IMG/VR virus record: IMGVR_UViG_3300022885_000066
Coordinates: 1 to 29,322 of that record
DNA: 29,322 nt
Strand: one strand, 5' to 3'
From: a virus
Lineage: Duplodnaviria; Caudoviricetes
Part shown: one piece after another, positions 8,910 to 16,441 of the stretch
How positions within the stretch are numbered: the first letter of the stretch is position 1
How the letters are laid out: each line of letters opens with the position of its first letter
Notes under the pieces: model-generated
The model's input: the letters and a program-made list of their open reading frames with translations, nothing else
Told to the model about the DNA's origin: nothing
The model's database searches: none
Made by a program: the position numbers and the translations under genes

Positions 8910-9761
8910 TTAAGCCTCCGCGCCAAAGATTGCACTTAACACTTCTAGGTTGTCAGTAGAAGTTTCGTTCTGAATAAACATTTCAACATAATCATTTGTG
9001 GACATCTCAATATTTGCATAGGAGCATAGGTTTCTATAATAGCTTGCAGAAGTTGTCGCAGTTACCTTTGTATCCGCCCTAACCACTCCATTTAGGGCTA
9101 TATAGATAGACATATCCCTATAGGTTCCTGTCGCCACTGTTAGACTTAGTATAGCGTGAATTGTGATCCTTCGGGTATCTGACCCATTGTAAGTGATCCT
9201 CCCCGCAGCGTTGCCAGTAAACCCTGACTCATTATCTGAGACAAAGGTTCCTGCTACCAAAACCGGAGTCGCTGTCGACGCTATCACTGTGTCTGTTGTG
9301 TTTCCCTGCATTGTAACTTTAGCAAAGGCCACTGATGCCTCGCTTGCCGATACAGTAACGTAATTGCCTGTAGCTGTTAGCGAGATACCAGTGCCAGAGA
9401 CAAGGCTCGCCACAACAGGATTGGTAGCTGTAGTATTAAGGAGCAGGGGAGTTCCTGTCGCGTCAGCAGTAAAAGTATGTGTTAAGACTATCCCATTGCC
9501 TGCCGAAACATTTGCGCTTACTCCAGAACCATTTTCAATATTACGTATCTTATTGACAGATCCGTCAGTATCTAAAACAGGAGCGCCAGTAACCGCGCCC
9601 GCTTGGACTATGGTTCCCGTCACACCAAGACCTGAAAGAAAATCAGTGTAAGGTATCTTGAAGTTAGAACCATTTACGACATAATCAAAAAAAGCACCAT
9701 CCTCGACAGTGCTTTTTGCTATGAATAGGCTTTTCTTTCTGCCCTGAGCCCTATAAGTCAT
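8910..9761 (-). CDS. Putative accessory fibre/spike with C-terminal C1q/TNF-like jelly-roll
   Basis: Thr/Gly-rich shaft with repeats (IENGSGVS, LVSGTGIS). C-terminal GRITYNG...IALNG...IEMSTNDYVEMFIQN. Confidence 0.55.
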   Translation of the reverse strand: MTYRAQGRKKSLFIAKSTVEDGAFFDYVVNGSNFKIPYTDFLSGLGVTGTIVQAGAVTGAPVLDTDGSVNKIRNIENGSGVSANVSAGNGIVLTHTFTADATGTPLLLNTTATNPVVASLVSGTGISLTATGNYVTVSASEASVAFAKVTMQGNTTDTVIASTATPVLVAGTFVSDNESGFTGNAAGRITYNGSDTRRITIHAILSLTVATGTYRDMSIYIALNGVVRADTKVTATTSASYYRNLCSYANIEMSTNDYVEMFIQNETSTDNLEVLSAIFGAEA

Positions 9762-10237
9762 ACGGTACTTACCTCTAAGCCTATTGCGCCAGTAGATTCG
9801 GCTAGTATTTCCGCCTCTTGGTCTGGGTAGAAGTTCCCACCAAACCCAAAAGACCTATCCTCATTGCCAGAGCCAACAGGGAGAGTGCTTGGATTTAATG
9901 TTGCACCCATTTGTTGACCGATAATTCTCATGGTCGAAAGCCCCTCTTTGGCCGCAATTCCTAGCGCCTGAGAAATTACTCCCCCATAGTCAGGGGACAC
10001 CTCGATAGCCATGTTAGCGATAAGCCCCCTCAAAGCTCCCGTAGGGATTGTTACTATGTCTCCAAGGTCATTGACCTCGGTATAGCCTAACATAATGCCA
10101 TTAGCGTCAAGCTGTGCCATAAAATTGTTCATTGCAAAGATGAAGTCTTGGTATTCAGATGCCTCAAGCGGAGCTTCAGAAGCCTGTACTAAGATCCTTT
10201 GCAGAGATGCCTTTGCTACCTGAGCCACTGTTGCCAT
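9758..10237 (-). CDS. Head-to-tail adaptor (P22 gp4-like)
   Basis: 159 aa after coat. Motifs NMAIEVSPDYG and PSTLPVGSGNE. Confidence 0.88.
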   Translation of the reverse strand: MATVAQVAKASLQRILVQASEAPLEASEYQDFIFAMNNFMAQLDANGIMLGYTEVNDLGDIVTIPTGALRGLIANMAIEVSPDYGGVISQALGIAAKEGLSTMRIIGQQMGATLNPSTLPVGSGNEDRSFGFGGNFYPDQEAEILAESTGAIGLEVSTV

Positions 10238-10347
10238 TATTCAAAAGTCGCCGGTTTTGCCGGTTTCTTGCCTTTCTTCTTTGCGGTTTCAGCAGCCTTC
10301 TTTCCTGCTTTGGTGTATGGGAATTTCTTACCTTTAACCATTGGCAT
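10237..10347 (-). CDS. 36-aa Lys-rich micro-protein MPMVKGKKFPYTKAGKKAAETAKKKGKKPAKPATFE
   Basis: Below ORF-track cutoff. AAGAGGT SD. Its TAA overlaps the gp4 ATG (TAATG). Confidence 0.75.
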   Translation of the reverse strand: MPMVKGKKFPYTKAGKKAAETAKKKGKKPAKPATFE

Positions 10348-10374
10348 GATGTGACCTCTTTATGCGGAGATTAG

Positions 10375-10396
10375 AAAAAGGGAGCCGAAGCTCCCC
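10375..10396 (-). terminator. Rho-independent terminator after coat gene
   Basis: GGGAGC-TTCG-GCTCCC-TTTTT on the - strand. Confidence 0.85.
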
Positions 10397-10413
10397 TTGA
10401 CTATTTTACTATC

Positions 10414-11676
10414 TTAAGCGCCGTAACCCTGACCCGCGAAGAACGGGTTAAAGCAGGCATAAGCTGGAAGTAAATCAAAACGAATCTTTTGCGTGTTGGC
10501 ATCTCCATCGGCATACTTAGAGATCCGAATAGACATACCATCGCTAGTTGTAGCAACAGTGTCTGTGGAGTACAGCTTAGGAAGCTTAACTGTGCCTAAT
10601 CCAAACGCTTGCTTAGTATAGAACAAGTTAGGCTGATAGACAGTGCCTGCCGCGCCGAGGATAGTAACCACCGCATCATTAGCAGGGGCAGCATCAACAG
10701 TGTTGTACTGTCCGTTTGCCTCGTAGATAGCCGCTCCAGATACAACAATCTCCGCTGCATTAGTATTGATGGTCACAGTGCTTAGTACAGTGCCGACCCA
10801 AGGAACCGGCGCACCAGCCGCATCAAGCAATACCTGACGAGTGCTAATGTTTAGCTGATTCACTCCAGCTATGGTCACCTGGTCTCCTGCTACGATGGTC
10901 CCAGTTCCCAAGGCATCAATAGCCAAAGTCTGAGTCATTGTATCCTTAGCCGCCAAGTATGTAGCGTTAGGCGCTGCTGACAATGCGCCAGTTCGGTCAA
11001 CGGTTGAGCCAGAAGTGTAGCTAGACAGTGAGTTGGTCGATAAAGCCATCATGCCGCCAAAGTTATTGGATATCTGTGCTTTTTCCCATGCTGTTCTAAC
11101 AAGCCCGTCAGCAGCCGTTAAGCCAGTCTGAGCAGACGCTAATGCAGTAGTGGTAAAAGGTGACATCAAGTAATACTTCTCATCCGACATCGGTACACCG
11201 ACACCGTCCATCATTGCACCAGCACCAGCAATATCTGACCATGCGTCAACGGCAGTACCGCGAGCGCCATAGCTAAGGCCAGTGTTTGTGCGTATGAATT
11301 TAGCGTAATCTAGCTCTAAGTCAGTAACAATACGTCTAGCCATTGGCTCAAGGATTGTATCTAACTGATCTAGTTCTAAAGCCTCTTCAACATTCCCCCA
11401 CTCTGTAGCAGCGGTGAAGTAGTCTTGAACCGTACCAGTCGCCTTGCCTGCAATGATGTCTGACTTGTCTGATCCAGAGATATCGCCGCCAGATGTGCGG
11501 ATAGAGTTGTAATCGTGGGGACGTTTAAAGTCCACTGTACTGCCGCTAGAAGGACTGAACTTGCCGCTTAATAGCTGAGTGTTGGTTGTTTTCGTAACCA
11601 CACGTGAAGACTCAAATGCGTCCAAAAAGACCCGCGCAACTTTGCGGGTGACGTTTGCTTGTAAATTATTAGCCAT
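10414..11676 (-). CDS. Major capsid protein (P22 gp5 coat family)
   Basis: 420 aa. MANNL start, GSTVDFKRP and C-terminal IRFDLLPAYACFNPFFAG. Follows scaffold. Confidence 0.93.
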   Translation of the reverse strand: MANNLQANVTRKVARVFLDAFESSRVVTKTTNTQLLSGKFSPSSGSTVDFKRPHDYNSIRTSGGDISGSDKSDIIAGKATGTVQDYFTAATEWGNVEEALELDQLDTILEPMARRIVTDLELDYAKFIRTNTGLSYGARGTAVDAWSDIAGAGAMMDGVGVPMSDEKYYLMSPFTTTALASAQTGLTAADGLVRTAWEKAQISNNFGGMMALSTNSLSSYTSGSTVDRTGALSAAPNATYLAAKDTMTQTLAIDALGTGTIVAGDQVTIAGVNQLNISTRQVLLDAAGAPVPWVGTVLSTVTINTNAAEIVVSGAAIYEANGQYNTVDAAPANDAVVTILGAAGTVYQPNLFYTKQAFGLGTVKLPKLYSTDTVATTSDGMSIRISKYADGDANTQKIRFDLLPAYACFNPFFAGQGYGA

Positions 11677-11688
11677 GCTAATTTAATC

Positions 11689-12522
11689 CTATTCAAATGT
11701 AGCGCCTGCCGGTCCTCTAGGTTTAGGAGACTTTCCTGCGCTGTGGGGGCTTTCCAGAGGGTCTGGAGCGCCATTTACCTTGGGTTTAAGAGCAGCAGCC
11801 TTCTGCTTAATCTGGGTCGCTATCCGTACCGCAGCCTGAGCTGGCGATAGATGGCTTAACTCTTCCAGTTCGATTGGATTCTTAGAGAGATAGGTCGTAA
11901 TTAATGGGCCTTGCTCATCATCCAGAATAAACTGGACTACATCGTTATTGATGCCAAACTGCGCCACCACATTAGCCGCGACCTGCAACTCTTCTGCCTT
12001 AACCCCTAGCCTTTTAGCTGCCTGAGAATAAGACTCAACCCTTTCGTTTAAAGCTTCGTACTGCTTTTTATCTTGCTCATGCTTAAGACTCTGCTGCTGT
12101 TGGCTTATCGCCTTCTGCTGTTGGTCATAAGCAAAAGCATTTCGCATGGCCTCATCCCTTTGCGCGTAACTCCTTTTGTACTCCTCGTCAGAAAGTGCAT
12201 AAGGGTCTGGTGCTTGGGGTATTTGTGGCCTGCCCTGTTTAGGTAGCTTTGCTTGTAGCTCTGTCAGTTGCCTTTGAAGATCTTCTGCTTCTCGCTGAAA
12301 CTTCCGTTCTTTCTCGTGAGACTTAAAGACCTTCTTGTTAATGGCATCGTCAAAGACACGTTGCTGTTCTACACTAAACTTTACTTTCGCAGTTTCCTGC
12401 GACTCCGACGCTGACTCGGCATCTTGATCCTCATCAAGATCTTCGGTCTCTACCTCCTCCTCTTCTAATGAAACGTCTTCATCATCCAATTCGTAGTTGT
12501 CTTCCGGTTGCAGCTCGCTCAT
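11689..12522 (-). CDS. Scaffolding protein
   Basis: Acidic N-terminus, coiled coil and GPLITTYLSKNP. Directly upstream of coat. Start re-assigned to MSELQPED (ATG 12522). Confidence 0.85.
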   Translation of the reverse strand: MSELQPEDNYELDDEDVSLEEEEVETEDLDEDQDAESASESQETAKVKFSVEQQRVFDDAINKKVFKSHEKERKFQREAEDLQRQLTELQAKLPKQGRPQIPQAPDPYALSDEEYKRSYAQRDEAMRNAFAYDQQQKAISQQQQSLKHEQDKKQYEALNERVESYSQAAKRLGVKAEELQVAANVVAQFGINNDVVQFILDDEQGPLITTYLSKNPIELEELSHLSPAQAAVRIATQIKQKAAALKPKVNGAPDPLESPHSAGKSPKPRGPAGATFE

Positions 12523-12578
12523 ATCTTGCCCTTGTAGGTAAATGCCACAGATAAGGATGTGTGCCTGTATTAATGCCA

Positions 12579-12587
12579 ATAATACCA
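12579..12587 (-). promoter_or_regulatory. Candidate extended -10 promoter for scaffold/coat
   Basis: TG-G-TATTAT about 57 nt upstream of the scaffold ATG. Confidence 0.4.
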
Positions 12588-12654
12588 TATTATGGTCAAA
12601 AGCAATACATTGTGGTTAGATTGACCAAATCAACAAAACTGATAAGGAATAGTT

Positions 12655-12816
12655 ATGAATGATTTATATGAATTGTTTGAAACGGACGACCCTTCCCAGA
12701 TGGCAGATAGACTAATGCAGTTGATAAGAGAGGCGATAGAAGACGAGGGTCACACTGAGGAGACTCTAGAGGTAATCAAGGAGATGGTAGACGAGCTGAC
12801 GGGTTTAGTGGGATAG
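12655..12816 (+). CDS. 53-aa acidic helical protein, candidate immunity/antitoxin
   Basis: Not in ORF track. TAAGGA SD. Sequence MNDLYELFETDDPSQMADRLMQLIREAIEDEGHTEETLEVIKEMVDELTGLVG. Its stop is 8 nt from the stop of the convergent effector gene. Confidence 0.65.
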   Translation: MNDLYELFETDDPSQMADRLMQLIREAIEDEGHTEETLEVIKEMVDELTGLVG

Positions 12817-12824
12817 AGCCCTAT

Positions 12825-14198
12825 CTAAGCAGCCCCAGACATTGACCTTCCGTATATCCCTGATAGCAGGTTTGCACTGTCAGCCTTGGCTGGGTCAAAC
12901 TCTGCGTTAGTAGAGCGGATGTTCTTAGGGTCGAATATAAGGTAATGAGTTGCAGGTGTGTAAGTTCCATAATCCGCATTATCTGAGAAGTTCTTAATTT
13001 TAATGCCGTCAAACCCCTCCTCCTTTGCCTTGGTGGCCCAAGTAGCAAGTTGGCTATCGTCTAAATCTGACATTGTTGCCCCATCGACATCGACCTCAAA
13101 CAAGTTGCCGCGTATTCTTGCCGAGATTATGTTCTGCCCTCCCCCGTCAATAAGCTCGCCGCTTTGCTCTAACTTTTCCGCTTGAGCCATTAAATCGTGC
13201 GATTTATCCCATTCTCCCGCTCTTTCTGCTGCGTTTGAGGCATCTACCAGCCTTTGAACGGGCATATCTTCCGAGGCCATTTTAGCGTAACCAGCAGACA
13301 CCTCTGGATTATCTGAAAACCAAGTGCCCATCTTTGCGCTTTTAGCCCTTGTAACAGACCCGCCAAACTCTTTGGGATTAAATTCTTCAATATCTGCCGA
13401 CGTACCTGTATAAACAGTTTCGGGCAAGAAACCACCCTCTTCGGATCTCTGCATCCTTGCCGCTGTTGACGGGTCCAGCCCCCTCAGTGATGACTGGCTT
13501 CCTGCTGGGGATATATCTCTTAGAGTAGACCTATTATACTCTGGAGCGGCTTGAATAGACTGCTTGAGAGTCATTCGAGAAGTTGCATCGTCAGCAGGGT
13601 CAAAATAGCCTTGGACGGTTCTCTCTCCTCTATCCTTTGCCTCCCAATAACGATGAGAACCGTCCATAATGGTTAGCTTCCCGTCGGCTCCTTTAGATAC
13701 AAGTATCGGCCCTGAGGTTTGACTTTTGTTTACCCTCAGCGAGTCGCTGATTAAAGGCTTTAAATCATCTATATTAAAGTCTGTTGCGTGCGGGTAAAGA
13801 TTGCTAGAACCTTCGCCTATATCTCTAAGTGTAGACCTTGCGCCCTTTGCTGCCTTGGATGCAAGCCCGCCCACTATAGGGACCGCCCCCACCATGTTAA
13901 TTACAGCTCCTAACATATCGCCCTGATTAAAGGATCTACCTGCATCCTCTAGGGCTATAGCGTCTCCTATCACGGGAGCGAAGTCTGCTGCCGTATTAAT
14001 GCCATCGGCAAGGTTAAGAAGTCCAGTCCTATAGCCTCCTTCCAAGCCTGTCGCGTCTATCCCATCTCTCATTAGATTGCGTAATGTAGACCTAATACCA
14101 GTATTGTTGGTTACTGTTGCCTGAAATCTAGGGACTTCAGAGGAAAGGAGTTTTTCTCGCTGTACCTCTCTAGCTAAAGCCCTAAGATCAACGCCCAT
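12825..14198 (-). CDS. Modular effector: pre-toxin TG-like + ParB/Srx-like + ART-PolyVal-like ADP-ribosyltransferase domain
   Basis: aa ~70-120: DFAPVIGDA...GDMLGAVINMVGAVPIVGG..K.AK. aa ~145-200: GPILV...IMDGSHRY. aa ~245-445: ARMQR..E.GF..TVYTGT...GTWFSDNPEVS..YA...GFDGI...YLIFDPKNIRS.NAEFDP. Confidence 0.7.
   Translation of the reverse strand: MGVDLRALAREVQREKLLSSEVPRFQATVTNNTGIRSTLRNLMRDGIDATGLEGGYRTGLLNLADGINTAADFAPVIGDAIALEDAGRSFNQGDMLGAVINMVGAVPIVGGLASKAAKGARSTLRDIGEGSSNLYPHATDFNIDDLKPLISDSLRVNKSQTSGPILVSKGADGKLTIMDGSHRYWEAKDRGERTVQGYFDPADDATSRMTLKQSIQAAPEYNRSTLRDISPAGSQSSLRGLDPSTAARMQRSEEGGFLPETVYTGTSADIEEFNPKEFGGSVTRAKSAKMGTWFSDNPEVSAGYAKMASEDMPVQRLVDASNAAERAGEWDKSHDLMAQAEKLEQSGELIDGGGQNIISARIRGNLFEVDVDGATMSDLDDSQLATWATKAKEEGFDGIKIKNFSDNADYGTYTPATHYLIFDPKNIRSTNAEFDPAKADSANLLSGIYGRSMSGAA
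13512..14093 (-). repeat. RSTLR(D/N) domain-junction direct repeats
   Basis: AGGTCTACACTTAGAGATATA (13838-13818) and AGGTCTACTCTAAGAGATATA (13532-13512) match at 19/21. A third copy AGGTCTACATTACGCAAT starts at 14093. Confidence 0.8.
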
Positions 14199-16440
14199 TG
14201 GCTATAGCCTCTAACTCTTGAGGGCTTAAAGATCTAAGCATCTCCCTCATTTGCTCCTCTTCCTTAATTCTCTGCTGCTCTTGCATTTGAGTAATCTTCT
14301 GCTGGTTGTTAAGTTCTTCACCAAATGACTTTATGTTGCTCATATCTATCGTGGCCCCAGCCTGCTCTGCCTTGACCTGAGTATTCATTCTGTCAGTCTC
14401 AGCCCTGAAGCCGTCTATCTGAGCATCTGATTGGTTGTCAGCCATAAGCATCTGTAGCTTCTGAGCTTCTAACTGTAGCTTTATCCTTTCGTTATTGAGC
14501 TTCTCTTGGTCTATCTGAGCCTTGAGCATTTCAGCTTGAGCTTTTAGCTGCTCGGCTTGAGCCATAACCATTGCGGGGTCAGGTGGTTGTTGGCCCTGCA
14601 TCTGTGCCTGCGCCTGTTCTCTTTCCTGCCGTTCTTCGTCAGTTAATTGAGACTCTGGAATAATGCCAGCAGAAAGCATCTGCTCTCGCTTGCGCTCAGA
14701 TATCTGCGTAGCAGCAGGGGTAGAGATGTTCTGTAATAACAAGTCACCAGCCATCTGCATTAACGTAGGATCAACTTGCGCGAGCTTGGTAATTGCTTCG
14801 ACTGTTTCCTGCTGACGGTTCTTAAAACTGGCCCCAGCTTTGCATATAACATCATAGATGCCTTGCGATAAATCATTAAGGGTTACTATTTTCCCTGTCT
14901 GCTCATCGATGATCTGATTATTGATGTCAGTCATATTATAAGTGTCGTCTTCTCTTAGCACTCTGACAACTCTCTGAGTATCGTATACTTTAGGGATGGC
15001 ATCTTTTAACAATCGGCCAGTTGCGCCTATAGCAATCTCCATAGCCCTAGTGTAGTTGTAAGTAGCATTGTCGCCTTTGTTTTGTAGTTGGCGGATAGCC
15101 ACTCCTGACTGGGCATTAGGATTGTCACCCATGTTGGCCGCGAACATGCCAGAAGAGGCGTTCATCATCCCCTGCATAGCCTGAGCTATAGTTCTTAGCC
15201 CGCCGTTAATCTGCGCCCCACCCTGCTGTTGGGGGATACCAGGAGCTTCAGGGTCTTGGTTGTAAAACTGTACGGGATCGGCATTAGTGTTCAGGGTTTG
15301 GAGAGTTTTCTCATGCCCTGCCGCTTGACCGGGGGTCATCCAATACTTGGCCCTTGGTGCTAAGGCTCCCTCTTCTATCTCTCTTGATAGCGCATAATTT
15401 AGAACCCTTTGAGGGTCCAGTAATTTCTGTACAACGCCGTAATAGATAGTCTTGTTCTCGAATATCTTAAAATTACCATAGACCGGGACAACGGGTATTC
15501 TGTTAAAAACAGTCTTCTTAGCCTCTTCTAACCAATCCTTACCATCAAAGTATCTCGAGCAAACGATATGACCCTTTCGCGTTCGTCTTTTAATCTCTGT
15601 GACCCCAATCTTTTCAAGGTCATCAACAACAGATTCAAAGTCATCATCGACTTCGTGGACCTGCCCGTTAGACATCATTACCAGCTCTTTATCCTCGCTC
15701 TCAAGATACAGAAACTCTCCGACTACAACAGCCTCAGCCTTGTCAAAGTATGCGTCTCCATCTCTGTCCTGAGATACTGATTCTCCAGATCCTTCGGGCC
15801 ATCTGTTCTCGTACTCATCGGGGGCCATAGGATGCAAAACGAAAGCATAACGAGAGTCTGACTTGTCTTGAAGCTCGGCAGATGAATCAAACCATACCCT
15901 GTCGATAGGATTGGCTATCTTCTCAAGCATGAGATCCTGGTCAAATGAGTTGTCATCTGCATACTTCTGGCTAACTCTCCACGCATCAAACCCACTTGTA
16001 ACCATTCCGCGACAGGCTTGAGCGTATATCTGTTTAGCACTGGATAGGTTTTCTACGTTCCTGATAATGCCGTCATAGGTCATAGCGATATCTTTTGTTG
16101 CATCGCCTCCAGAAGGAGAGACTCGTATATCAAAGTCTGCCTGCTCAATCTCTGATGATATTTGAGATACTATTGGGCTAACCTGATCGAAGGTATAGCG
16201 GGGCTTGTCTACATTAGAAGTCCACCATTGGGGCTCCCACTGTCCATCCTTCTTATCTACAAAGAGATGAGCTTCTCTGGCATTATCCCTGTTATCGCTT
16301 TCAGTTTGTTGGCAAGACGATAATAGATTAACGACACTCTGATGCTCTTCGTACTTATCCTTATAAGATAGATCAGCCCCAGTGTATTCAGCCGACTCGT
16401 CTTCAGAGTTCTCGCCTTGCTCATTTTCATACTTAGACAT
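14188..16440 (-). CDS. Portal protein (P22 gp1 family)
   Basis: 750 aa. Motifs DGQW, RIPVVPVYG, LLDPQRVLNY and AQSGVAI. Gln-rich C-terminal barrel. Confidence 0.93.
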   Translation of the reverse strand: MSKYENEQGENSEDESAEYTGADLSYKDKYEEHQSVVNLLSSCQQTESDNRDNAREAHLFVDKKDGQWEPQWWTSNVDKPRYTFDQVSPIVSQISSEIEQADFDIRVSPSGGDATKDIAMTYDGIIRNVENLSSAKQIYAQACRGMVTSGFDAWRVSQKYADDNSFDQDLMLEKIANPIDRVWFDSSAELQDKSDSRYAFVLHPMAPDEYENRWPEGSGESVSQDRDGDAYFDKAEAVVVGEFLYLESEDKELVMMSNGQVHEVDDDFESVVDDLEKIGVTEIKRRTRKGHIVCSRYFDGKDWLEEAKKTVFNRIPVVPVYGNFKIFENKTIYYGVVQKLLDPQRVLNYALSREIEEGALAPRAKYWMTPGQAAGHEKTLQTLNTNADPVQFYNQDPEAPGIPQQQGGAQINGGLRTIAQAMQGMMNASSGMFAANMGDNPNAQSGVAIRQLQNKGDNATYNYTRAMEIAIGATGRLLKDAIPKVYDTQRVVRVLREDDTYNMTDINNQIIDEQTGKIVTLNDLSQGIYDVICKAGASFKNRQQETVEAITKLAQVDPTLMQMAGDLLLQNISTPAATQISERKREQMLSAGIIPESQLTDEERQEREQAQAQMQGQQPPDPAMVMAQAEQLKAQAEMLKAQIDQEKLNNERIKLQLEAQKLQMLMADNQSDAQIDGFRAETDRMNTQVKAEQAGATIDMSNIKSFGEELNNQQKITQMQEQQRIKEEEQMREMLRSLSPQELEAIANGR

Positions 16441-16441
16441 C

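Noticed and set aside
437-9651. Many + strand ORFs in the track opposite the structural genes
   Set aside because: Antisense shadows of long - strand genes, with no SD or recognisable motifs.
12523-12588. N-terminal extension of scaffold (MVLLALIQ...)
   Set aside because: Overlaps a likely promoter region; the ATG at 12522 gives a typical acidic scaffold N-terminus.
13600-13770. ParB module as a plasmid partition system
   Set aside because: Only the N-terminal DGxHR domain is present, embedded in a cargo protein, with no ParA or DNA-binding domain.
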